Shown here piece after piece: positions 1 to 7,988 of a stretch of DNA of 64,000 nucleotides. The notes under the pieces are model-generated. The model did no database searches and was not told the DNA's origin. It saw only the letters and a list, made by a program, of their open reading frames with translations. Numbering within the stretch: the first letter of the stretch is position 1; every line of letters starts with the position of its first letter. Both the position numbers and the translations under genes were made by a program. This DNA is from a virus (lineage: Duplodnaviria; Caudoviricetes). The stretch lies in IMG/VR virus record IMGVR_UViG_3300027996_003878; one strand, written 5' to 3'.

Positions 1-62
1 GGTATATATCTCTCGATATACAAATACTCATATTGAAAATTATCTGATTTTTTCTGAGTCAT
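1..62 (-). CDS. 5' fragment of a hypothetical protein running off the window (MTQKKSDNFQYEYLYIERYI...)
   Basis: ATG at 62-60 preceded by AAGGA; frame open to the window edge. Confidence 0.4.
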   Translation of the reverse strand, partial: MTQKKSDNFQYEYLYIERYI

Positions 63-173
63 GGTGTCCTTTTGTTTGAGGTTAAACACTGCTCTTTCAA
101 AATCTTAAATTGAAATAATCTTAAAATGCACATGATCGCACATCATAAAAATGCGAAAATATGCGCTCAAGCA

Positions 174-1211
174 TCAAAGGCCTACTTTAACTCCCGCCAA
201 AACGCTAAATGATCCAGATGTATTGACTGAAACAGATGGCCCAACATAAACATTATCCATGAATGGAATATGCTTAGCTACATTGTAATTAACGGGACTT
301 AATATCACTCCAAGCTTCTTATCTTGAGATTCAAAACCTAACCCAACGCCAAGAAAAGTCCATTTTGGATTAATCTTTGTTCTTCCATATGAAAAAATTG
401 ACACTTGCAAGTTGGGCGTAACCTCGGCCTTTGGCGCTGGATTAACGTGAGCACCAGCGTCAACACCTAAGTAAACTCGGGGTGAAAGTCTAAATTCAGG
501 ATCAGGGAAAGTTTCTAAAAATTTAGAATTAGTAATCTTTATAGGATGATCGTTACCATTTGCTTTTATAGAAAATTTATTATATACAATATGTTTTCCC
601 TCAACATCATGACCTAAAACTGTAGTAAGAGAGTAAGATCTAGGATAAACCTCCAGATCCCAAGGCTTCTTTTTCCAAGATCGAAACTTAACACGACCAA
701 AAGGCACAGACAAATCACCACCAAAAGGCTCACTCACCCTCAGAACCTGCACTGTAGATAAATAGCCAAATGGATCTGGGCAATCAAGCTTTGAGCCATC
801 ATTGCATTTTACTTTATACGGCTTTGAGCTAGAGTCTTCAGACGAAGGATCTTCAGATGTACCAGAAACACCTCTACTTATAACGCCCGGAGTAACAACG
901 CTCACATTATTAACACCAACCATTTTTGCATTTAAATCACTTAAATCTTTTATAATTTCTTTTAAATCAAGACCAACGTCTTTTGAGAATTTATTCAAAT
1001 CTTTTTTTGTAACAAGAGACGAGCTACTTCTTGTTACTTCATCACGCAAACGCTTCATTTCCAACAAAGATTGATTCAAATTATTTTCATATAAATATAA
1101 ATCATAATTTGTTTTAACCAAAAGCAATGCCAAGAAAAATATTACAAATATTGATATTACAAATTTAACTTTATCTGAAATAACGAATGTACTGCTTGAA
1201 TTATTACTCAT
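174..1211 (-). CDS. Membrane-anchored hypothetical protein (N-terminal TM, coiled coil, C-terminal beta-strand region)
   Basis: 345 aa ORF; hydrophobic FVISIFVIFFLALLLV; alternating beta-like C-terminus ending SVLAGVKVGL. Confidence 0.75.
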   Translation of the reverse strand: MSNNSSSTFVISDKVKFVISIFVIFFLALLLVKTNYDLYLYENNLNQSLLEMKRLRDEVTRSSSSLVTKKDLNKFSKDVGLDLKEIIKDLSDLNAKMVGVNNVSVVTPGVISRGVSGTSEDPSSEDSSSKPYKVKCNDGSKLDCPDPFGYLSTVQVLRVSEPFGGDLSVPFGRVKFRSWKKKPWDLEVYPRSYSLTTVLGHDVEGKHIVYNKFSIKANGNDHPIKITNSKFLETFPDPEFRLSPRVYLGVDAGAHVNPAPKAEVTPNLQVSIFSYGRTKINPKWTFLGVGLGFESQDKKLGVILSPVNYNVAKHIPFMDNVYVGPSVSVNTSGSFSVLAGVKVGL

Positions 1212-1225
1212 ATTAATATTATATA
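1212..1225 (-). promoter_or_regulatory. TATATAATATTAAT motif immediately upstream of the ATG (candidate non-sigma70 promoter)
   Basis: Same 14-mer at 17170-17183 (-) and a one-mismatch copy at 2701-2714 (+), each just upstream of a gene. Confidence 0.3.
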
Positions 1226-1242
1226 ACTATTTAGACGATTTT

Positions 1243-1788
1243 TTAAAAAGAACCAGTAGAACCAAATCCGCCCACACCACGACTTCCATTTCGAATACTT
1301 GAAAGACTATCAAAATCCGACCTGTTTATAATCTCACATCCCATTGTTTCTCTTTTTACAGGAATAAGTTGCGCAATTCGTTCGCCAAACAATATAGACT
1401 TAGTAGAATCATCATCACTCACATCAGGAATGTACTGACCTACGAAAAAGAACTGATTTTCATAGCTTTCGTCTATAACACCATAGAGTGCATGAATCTT
1501 TCTTTTAATCATAGTACTAGAGCGAGGGGTCAACTTTAACCACCAACCATCTGGACTAAAAGCCCTGAAACCTAAAGGTATTTTAACGTAAGAATAGGGC
1601 TTAAACTCTACCCCATTAGGTTCTGCACATCTAACATCATAACCAGTGGCTTGCGACTCGGATCTACAAGGCAAGAAACTGCTAGGACGTAAGGGCTCTA
1701 TATTAGGATGCCTTTCATTAAAGGCAATACAGCTAGACTCAAGGTTATCATTTAAAAGAAATTTAAAAACAGGAATATTATTTGACAT
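1243..1788 (-). CDS. dut: Trimeric dUTPase
   Basis: Motifs GYDV, PRSS, GVIDESY, ERIAQL, RGVGGFGSTG. Confidence 0.95.
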   Translation of the reverse strand: MSNNIPVFKFLLNDNLESSCIAFNERHPNIEPLRPSSFLPCRSESQATGYDVRCAEPNGVEFKPYSYVKIPLGFRAFSPDGWWLKLTPRSSTMIKRKIHALYGVIDESYENQFFFVGQYIPDVSDDDSTKSILFGERIAQLIPVKRETMGCEIINRSDFDSLSSIRNGSRGVGGFGSTGSF

Positions 1789-1825
1789 TTAACTCTCCAG
1801 GCTTTAACTACAAAGGGCCTGAATG

Positions 1826-2143
1826 TCATCGACCTAATTCAAATTTTTTTTTAGCAATTTTTTTCAACATTGCTAGTATTTTTTTAAATTCATTAAATTG
1901 ATATTTTGAATTTTTTCCATGACCATAAATATCATGAAATGTCATATGGCAATTTTTACAAAGAGTTACACCATTGTTGGTATTGAATCTTTTATCAATA
2001 TAAATATCCCAAGAATCTTTATGGTGGGCATGTATCTCTCCACCTGTTTTATTACATAACTGACACGTATAACTATCTCTTTCCTTAACCAGCTTCGACC
2101 ATTCTATATACTTTGGGTCATTAAATCTATTATAGTTAGACAT
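1826..2143 (-). CDS. HNH endonuclease
   Basis: RDSYTCQLC...HAHH...NGVTLCKNCH. Confidence 0.9.
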   Translation of the reverse strand: MSNYNRFNDPKYIEWSKLVKERDSYTCQLCNKTGGEIHAHHKDSWDIYIDKRFNTNNGVTLCKNCHMTFHDIYGHGKNSKYQFNEFKKILAMLKKIAKKKFELGR

Positions 2144-2647
2144 TTAGTAATTAATATAATGACGCCAGTCATTATGTTTATTTTTAATTAAAATATGATC
2201 ATAAAACAATCTCGTCTTAGGTTTTTTTGGCTTTTTTATCAATTTAAACCCGACCTCTTGAAGCGTTTTATTTCCCTTTTTATTATTACAACCGGCACAA
2301 CATGCAACGCAATTATCCCAAGTAGTGCCGCCTCCTTTACATTTTGGTATAATATGATCTATCGTTAATCTTGTTTTATGAACCTTTCGATTGCAATACT
2401 GACACCTATAAGAATCGCGCATAAATAAAATATTTTTATTAAACCTTGACTCCTGCCTTCGATGATTCACACGGGATTTTAACCGCAGAACTGCCGGCAA
2501 ATTCATCGATCCAGAAGGCCAAAAAACCTGCTCATCCCAATTAGCAAGTATTTCAACCTTGTCTTTTAAAATAAATTTAAATATTTTTCTCTCAGAAATA
2601 AAAGATATACACTCATAAGTAGAATTCAAAAGCAAAGCAAAGAACAT
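2144..2647 (-). CDS. HNH endonuclease (McrA-like)
   Basis: RDSYRCQYC...TIDHIIP...GG..WDNCVACCAGCNNKKG. Confidence 0.92.
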   Translation of the reverse strand: MFFALLLNSTYECISFISERKIFKFILKDKVEILANWDEQVFWPSGSMNLPAVLRLKSRVNHRRQESRFNKNILFMRDSYRCQYCNRKVHKTRLTIDHIIPKCKGGGTTWDNCVACCAGCNNKKGNKTLQEVGFKLIKKPKKPKTRLFYDHILIKNKHNDWRHYINY

Positions 2648-2741
2648 ATATTTATAATAAAATAATCAAATAATATAGTAATATAATTTGTCAAAACAAC
2701 TATATAATACTAATCAATAAGCATTATTTTAGTTTTAGGCG

Positions 2742-3189
2742 GTGAATATGAAAATTAACAATATTACAAAGCTAGCAGATCAATTCTTACGAATTGCAAA
2801 ATCTGCATCGACTGAAGGCAAATACAAACACATCAACTTCGTGCCCCCTAAGTCTGTCGCAAAAGAGGCGGAGGAGGGTCTTAAATTACGCCAAATGGCC
2901 GGCGGAAAAGGCGGCCTGTCAGTAAGTCAGGCAAAAAAAGAAGGCGTTGGAAGCGGACCAGCGAGCTGTAAATTTAAAAAATAGAGACAAATTAAGCCCT
3001 AAGACTGTAAGAAGAATGAAGGCATTCTTTGACAGGCATCAAAAAAATAAAAAAATTGATAAAGGAAAAAAGCCACATGAAGATAGAGGATACGTAGCTC
3101 ACAAGTTATGGGGCGGTGATTCCGGGTACAGATGGGCAAAAAAAATAGTAAGACAAATGAACGCAGCTGACAATAAAGATAATAAATAA
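2742..3189 (+). pseudogene. Basic phage protein split by a frameshift near 2958 (ORFs 2742-2984 and 2947-3189)
   Basis: Joined reading PPKSVAKEAEEGLKLR...GVGSG-x-QRAVNL...LSPKTVRRMKAFFDRH...LWGGDSGYRWA resembles a common phage family; only one base lies between GGA(2955-57) and CAG(2959-61). Confidence 0.75.
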
Positions 3190-3191
3190 TT

Positions 3192-4001
3192 ATGAATAAC
3201 GAAAACATAAATAAACTTGCTGACCTATTTTTTTTAAAAACAACAGCGAAGAAGAAAAAAAAGAAGAAGAACATACCAAAAAACAAAAAACTTTGGGAAA
3301 AGGCCAAGTCATTAGCTAAATCCAAATTTGATGTATACCCTAGCATCTACGCGAATGCTTGGGCTGCCAAATGGTACAAAAGTAAGGGCGGCGAATGGAA
3401 AAAAGGGTATGCGGCTGATGACGGCCTTGCGGCAGACGATTACCATACTAACGATCAACCACGAGGCCTCTACCAAGATAATAATGAAGTTTTTGAAAAC
3501 GATAAAGGCAAGCTAGAATCTCACGGAAAAGTATATTCTGACAGCGGGCTTGGCAGATGGTTTGCAGAAGAGTGGGTTAATATTGGAAAGAAAGAAAAAG
3601 GTAAGCACCCACCATGCGGCAGAGATGACGCAGATGAAGGAGGGTATCCAAAGTGCGTTCCAAAATCAAAAGCAAAAAAAATGTCTAAAAAACAAAAAGA
3701 ATCAGCTACGAGAAGAAAAAGAAAAGTAGAGCGATCTAAAAAGAGAAAAGATAAAAAGCCACATTTTGTAAGCACAAAAAAAGCTGGACAAGAAACAATA
3801 GTAAAAGAGCATAAAAATGCTGAAAAATCTTACATGTCAAAAAGAAACTTAGAGAGCATTCACAGATACAGTCGCAAACTTATGGAAATGCTTAACGAAA
3901 AAGATGATATGCCTGATTAGTGCGATGACAAACTCTCCGTCGCAAAAAGTCTACTTAGCGACGTTTATAATTATATAGCTAACGAAAAAAACATACGCTA
4001 A
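3192..4001 (+). CDS. Lys-rich phage protein (DUF5872-like modules) with an internal TAG at 3918-3920
   Basis: YPSIYANAWAAKWYK, GLGRWFAEEWV, YPKCVP; frame continues 26 codons past TAG (DMPD*CDDKLSVAKSLLSDVYNY) to TAA 3999-4001. Confidence 0.75.
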
Positions 4002-4032
4002 ATATTAAATCAAAACAACTTTGGGCCTCTAA

Positions 4033-4200
4033 TTGAATGATGAAGATAACTCAATTATGTCATTAGCCTTCATGCTGCTTTGCTTGGGCTCAATAATCAT
4101 TGTAGCCGCTAGTATTATTGATGAAAAATGGTACCTAGTCGGACTATCGCCCGTGATATCTTCTTTTATCATAATGCTTCATATTTTATACAGAAAATAA
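4033..4200 (+). CDS. Small two-TM membrane protein (55 aa, below the ORF-track cutoff)
   Basis: Hand translation: ...MSLAFMLLCLGSIIIVAASIIDEKWYLVGLSPVISSFIIMLHILYRK. Confidence 0.55.
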   Translation: MNDEDNSIMSLAFMLLCLGSIIIVAASIIDEKWYLVGLSPVISSFIIMLHILYRK

Positions 4201-4201
4201 A

Positions 4202-4597
4202 CTAAAGATAACCCTCGCAGCACTTAACTTTCGCTAATAGCAAATCTATATTAAGAATGTAAATCTGCTCATTCAATCTAGCCAGCTCCTTAAAATTACC
4301 TTCTCTTTTTTTTTCTAAAACATGTCGCTCTTTAAGAATATTTAAATTGTAATCAATTTTTTTACCTTGCGAAAAGTCGCAAAGCTCGCGAAGTGATTCA
4401 ATTGGAAGTTTATCTGCCCAATCGAAATCACACCCTACAAAAGCCTTGCTGTTAAAATCGTCAACAATGACTTTGTCATATTTTTTCGCCTGTCTTTGCT
4501 TTTTCTTTAAAGCCTTTAGCTGAGATTTAATTGAGCATATGTCTCTATTTCTAAAGAAATAGCTCCTTACTTTTGATTTTTTATTTAGATCATTCAT
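4202..4597 (-). CDS. Hypothetical protein
   Basis: 131 aa ORF overlapping its neighbour by ATGA-type coupling. Confidence 0.7.
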   Translation of the reverse strand: MNDLNKKSKVRSYFFRNRDICSIKSQLKALKKKQRQAKKYDKVIVDDFNSKAFVGCDFDWADKLPIESLRELCDFSQGKKIDYNLNILKERHVLEKKREGNFKELARLNEQIYILNIDLLLAKVKCCEGYL

Positions 4598-4992
4598 TTA
4601 CTTACAACTTCAAAGCCTAATTTGACCATAAACTCGGCCAACTGCCCCCTGTAATGTGTGTTATAAGATCTTTCCCATGAAACTAACGTGTCTCCATCAT
4701 TAAAAGGCAAAAGATCTACTATATTATCATTAGAGCTTTTTGACAATGAAGCCAATTCACTGTAACATAAGTCCAACTGCTCTTGATATTTAGAAACAAA
4801 ATATGACCCTGCCTGTTCAGGATCCTTCTTTACCATCTCATAATAACTATCTAAAAGATCACAAGAAGGGGTAAATGGCTCAAATAAATAATCAATATTT
4901 AAATTTTTAGACTTATCTCCATAATATACACCAATAACTCTACCCGGTCCAAAGTTATCTGGCTCTAATATTGACGCTAAGAACACTTTCAT
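4594..4992 (-). CDS. DUF488/YeaO-like protein
   Basis: Pattern P-TPS..LL..Y...F...Y..QL...TLVSWE...HYRGQLAEF. Confidence 0.55.
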   Translation of the reverse strand: MKVFLASILEPDNFGPGRVIGVYYGDKSKNLNIDYLFEPFTPSCDLLDSYYEMVKKDPEQAGSYFVSKYQEQLDLCYSELASLSKSSNDNIVDLLPFNDGDTLVSWERSYNTHYRGQLAEFMVKLGFEVVSK

Positions 4993-5543
4993 TTTACTAT
5001 AATTTGATCTAAAACAAGAGGATGAGCGTCGGAAGAAACGTTTATAAAAAACTCTTTACTGAGAGCGGGTCGTTTTGTCGATCCTGGTTTATTTAAAACA
5101 ACCTTATACTTACCCTCACCAAGACCAACACTCCATTTGCCAGAAGAACTTGTCCTCGTCTTTTGAATTAAATTATTATCAGAATCAAAGATATGAATAT
5201 TAACCAGTATTACATTCTTATCGTCGCTATAAGTTATTTTCTGTTGAACTAAATATTTTTGAGCGCTATTTTTTTGATCATTCTCTGAATCACTATTATC
5301 AGAGACTATACCCCCCACGGGAGAGACCGACGGCTGAACGCTTGGTGTCGAAGCAGTTCGCTTTTGCACTTTTGAGCCAACTTCGACCGGAACTTTGCCG
5401 CCCTCCAGCTTAGATATTCTTTGAATAATTAATTTATTATTAAAATCAATATTTCTTATATACCCCAATATATTATCTAACTTACTTTCAATTTCAATAA
5501 GCACATCTGAGGCCATTCTTTTTTTATTCATAATGAAACACAA
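4989..5543 (-). CDS. Hypothetical protein with C-terminal beta-sandwich (carboxypeptidase-regulatory/Ig-like) domain
   Basis: VNIHIFDSDNNLIQKTRTSSSGKWSVGLGEGKYKVVL pattern. Confidence 0.6.
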   Translation of the reverse strand: MCFIMNKKRMASDVLIEIESKLDNILGYIRNIDFNNKLIIQRISKLEGGKVPVEVGSKVQKRTASTPSVQPSVSPVGGIVSDNSDSENDQKNSAQKYLVQQKITYSDDKNVILVNIHIFDSDNNLIQKTRTSSSGKWSVGLGEGKYKVVLNKPGSTKRPALSKEFFINVSSDAHPLVLDQIIVK

Positions 5544-6226
5544 ACACCAACCTTTAGCGGTAACCTCTTCATAACGACAAAATCACCCTGCTTCAGGCCC
5601 CCTTGATCTTTGAAGATAATACTTTCAATATAATTCTCTATGTCATCTATATTGTCAGATCCAAAAACTATTTGACCACGAATGGCGACAAAAAAATTAA
5701 AAGCAAAATAATTATGAGAAGACTCTTTCTCCGAAGAGCTAACCCATTTTCTAGAACCTACCTGTTCATCTTCCTTTGACTGAACATGATCAGGCTGTGT
5801 GTCAAATGAAACGGTCTCCTTATCGCTTGGTAAAGAGACTTCATCATAAAATATTTGATCTTCATTTACATCTATCTCAGCCTGCTCTCTTTGAGGCACC
5901 CAGGCGTGCTCCATACTGTTTCCACTTGCAACAAAATTACTTTTAGGAATATTTTTTTCCTCAAATGGGACGCTTGGAGGAGTCTTGCTTATAACATTCG
6001 GAATATTTTGTTTTAACATTTCTTTTGAATTAACAGATCTGCCTTGGCGATTGTTATTTCTATTTCTATTCGAATAAAAATGATCTGCTTCAGAAACCTG
6101 ACGAGGTCTAAGCGGCTCTACACCCAGTCGAACATATTCTGGCTGATATGGCTCTTCTTTAAGACCCATGTCTCTATGCTCTTGTCGAAGCGACCGAGTT
6201 TTATTTTTTATATAGTTATTTCCCAT
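5528..6226 (-). CDS. Hypothetical protein, largely low-complexity
   Basis: 232 aa ORF in the operon-like run. Confidence 0.7.
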   Translation of the reverse strand: MGNNYIKNKTRSLRQEHRDMGLKEEPYQPEYVRLGVEPLRPRQVSEADHFYSNRNRNNNRQGRSVNSKEMLKQNIPNVISKTPPSVPFEEKNIPKSNFVASGNSMEHAWVPQREQAEIDVNEDQIFYDEVSLPSDKETVSFDTQPDHVQSKEDEQVGSRKWVSSSEKESSHNYFAFNFFVAIRGQIVFGSDNIDDIENYIESIIFKDQGGLKQGDFVVMKRLPLKVGVCVSL

Positions 6227-6231
6227 TATGA

Positions 6232-6567
6232 TTACGAATTACTAAAATTCGCCTGCCTTTTAAGCCTATCTTCCATCTTTTTTCTCAGCTTTTCCTCTTT
6301 CTTACGCTGCTTTTTACCCCACTCACCCGATTTAACCTGAGCAGCTCGAAGATCCATAATTCTTTTACGCTCTTGCTGTTCTCTAAATTTTCTTCTCTTT
6401 TTAGCAGAAGGCTTTTCGTAACTCTGCCTGTCTCTAACTTGATTTATAATTTTTTCTTTTTGAACTATAGTTCTGAATTGCCTCATGGCATCCTCAGAAC
6501 GATCTTTATAAATCTTTACCTCAACACATTTGAACGTATCAAGATAGCTATCATCAAATTTATCCAT
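6232..6567 (-). CDS. rpsU: Ribosomal protein bS21 with N- and C-terminal extensions
   Basis: VKIYKDRSEDAMRQFRTIVQKEKIINQVRDRQSYEKPSAKKRRK matches the bS21 pattern (EDALRRFKR...G...E.R.R..YEKPS..RRRK). Confidence 0.88.
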   Translation of the reverse strand: MDKFDDSYLDTFKCVEVKIYKDRSEDAMRQFRTIVQKEKIINQVRDRQSYEKPSAKKRRKFREQQERKRIMDLRAAQVKSGEWGKKQRKKEEKLRKKMEDRLKRQANFSNS

Positions 6568-6575
6568 AATATATC

Positions 6576-7895
6576 CTATATTCCTATCTTTCTGCGAGCC
6601 GTATAAGAATTATCGAGCGCAGCTTCTTTTTCTAAAACAAGCCTCTCAATAGAAGACTTAATGTCTATATCATTTATTTTATTTCTACCATCTGACATAG
6701 CCTGAAACATCGACATTAAATACAATTCTTTTAAATACGCATAAGAGAATCCCTTATCCACAACTGTTTCAGTAATAACTTTATAAGCCGATGAAGAGAT
6801 TCCTTTTCCGCACCAATTTTTCAAAAACTTTTTAGCAAGCACTGAATCTGGCAGCGGAATGTGAAACTTTCGATCAAATCTTGAAGGCCTATCCACTATA
6901 GAACTCTTTAGTGAGCTTATGTCATTCGCAGTTCCTACAATAAATAAACCGTTCTTTGTATTTATACCATCCAAAAGATTTAAAAAATAAGACATATTAA
7001 CACTGTCATCTAATACAGAGTCAATGTCTTCTATGTAAAGGAGAGCTGGGTTTTGCTCTTGGGCATAATCAAAAGCATCATGAATAGTATCAGGATCAAT
7101 ATGATCTGATATATCCACCGTAACTGGCTTAAAATCATAATTAGAAATTATAGTTCTTATTATGCTAGTCTTACCACAACCTGGTGGGCCATACAAAAGC
7201 ATGCCTCTTTTCCAAGGAATTTTAGCATCTGAATAAAAACTTTCAGAATCTAACCACGACTCAACAGAATTTTTAATACTTAATTTTAAATCGTCTGGCA
7301 AAAACACATCATCCCAGGAATGATTTTTTTCATATGATATACTAGATCCGCCAGCTACATAAACCTGACAAGATTCCCTGTCTCTTGCCATACACCAATC
7401 GTCATATTTATTTCTAAAATCTAAATATTCTTGATAATTATCATCATTTATCAAAATGAAGGATAAAACGCCCTCTTCATCCGCGTACTTTTGATAAGCC
7501 AACGACGCCTGGACGAACTCTAAATCGCCACTTTTAATTACAAAAATACCTTGAGCAAAAAATCGCTCATTAATTCCATCCATCGCCCTCCACGATGTAA
7601 TACACTCCCTGAAAAGACATTCTAACTGAACATCATTTTCCTCACAAAATGATAAAAATGAGCCATCAATAGTTATACGGTTTTGAATGTAAGGACTTAC
7701 ATTGTCACCCCGCAACTCAGCTGAAAAGCAAGACAAAACCCATCGAATTAAAGAAGCAGAATCATTTGGGCGTCTTTTCGTTAAATCTATATAACTTCGA
7801 CCCTTAATTCTGGGAGACAGTTTATTTAAATTATCCGAACTTAAATGAAAGTAGCTAAATTCTTTTTCTTTCATGTTAAAACAGCTTTCACGCAA
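6576..7895 (-). CDS. AAA+ ATPase
   Basis: Walker A GPPGCGKT, Walker B LLYIEDID, FLNLLDG, DRPSRFD arginine finger. Confidence 0.93.
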   Translation of the reverse strand: MRESCFNMKEKEFSYFHLSSDNLNKLSPRIKGRSYIDLTKRRPNDSASLIRWVLSCFSAELRGDNVSPYIQNRITIDGSFLSFCEENDVQLECLFRECITSWRAMDGINERFFAQGIFVIKSGDLEFVQASLAYQKYADEEGVLSFILINDDNYQEYLDFRNKYDDWCMARDRESCQVYVAGGSSISYEKNHSWDDVFLPDDLKLSIKNSVESWLDSESFYSDAKIPWKRGMLLYGPPGCGKTSIIRTIISNYDFKPVTVDISDHIDPDTIHDAFDYAQEQNPALLYIEDIDSVLDDSVNMSYFLNLLDGINTKNGLFIVGTANDISSLKSSIVDRPSRFDRKFHIPLPDSVLAKKFLKNWCGKGISSSAYKVITETVVDKGFSYAYLKELYLMSMFQAMSDGRNKINDIDIKSSIERLVLEKEAALDNSYTARRKIGI

Positions 7896-7988
7896 ACAGA
7901 AATATTAAACAGATAATCTTAACCCTGCTCACAATTATTCAAAATAAAATACCAAGTTTTTGGTTAATCTCGACAACAACAATTAAGG

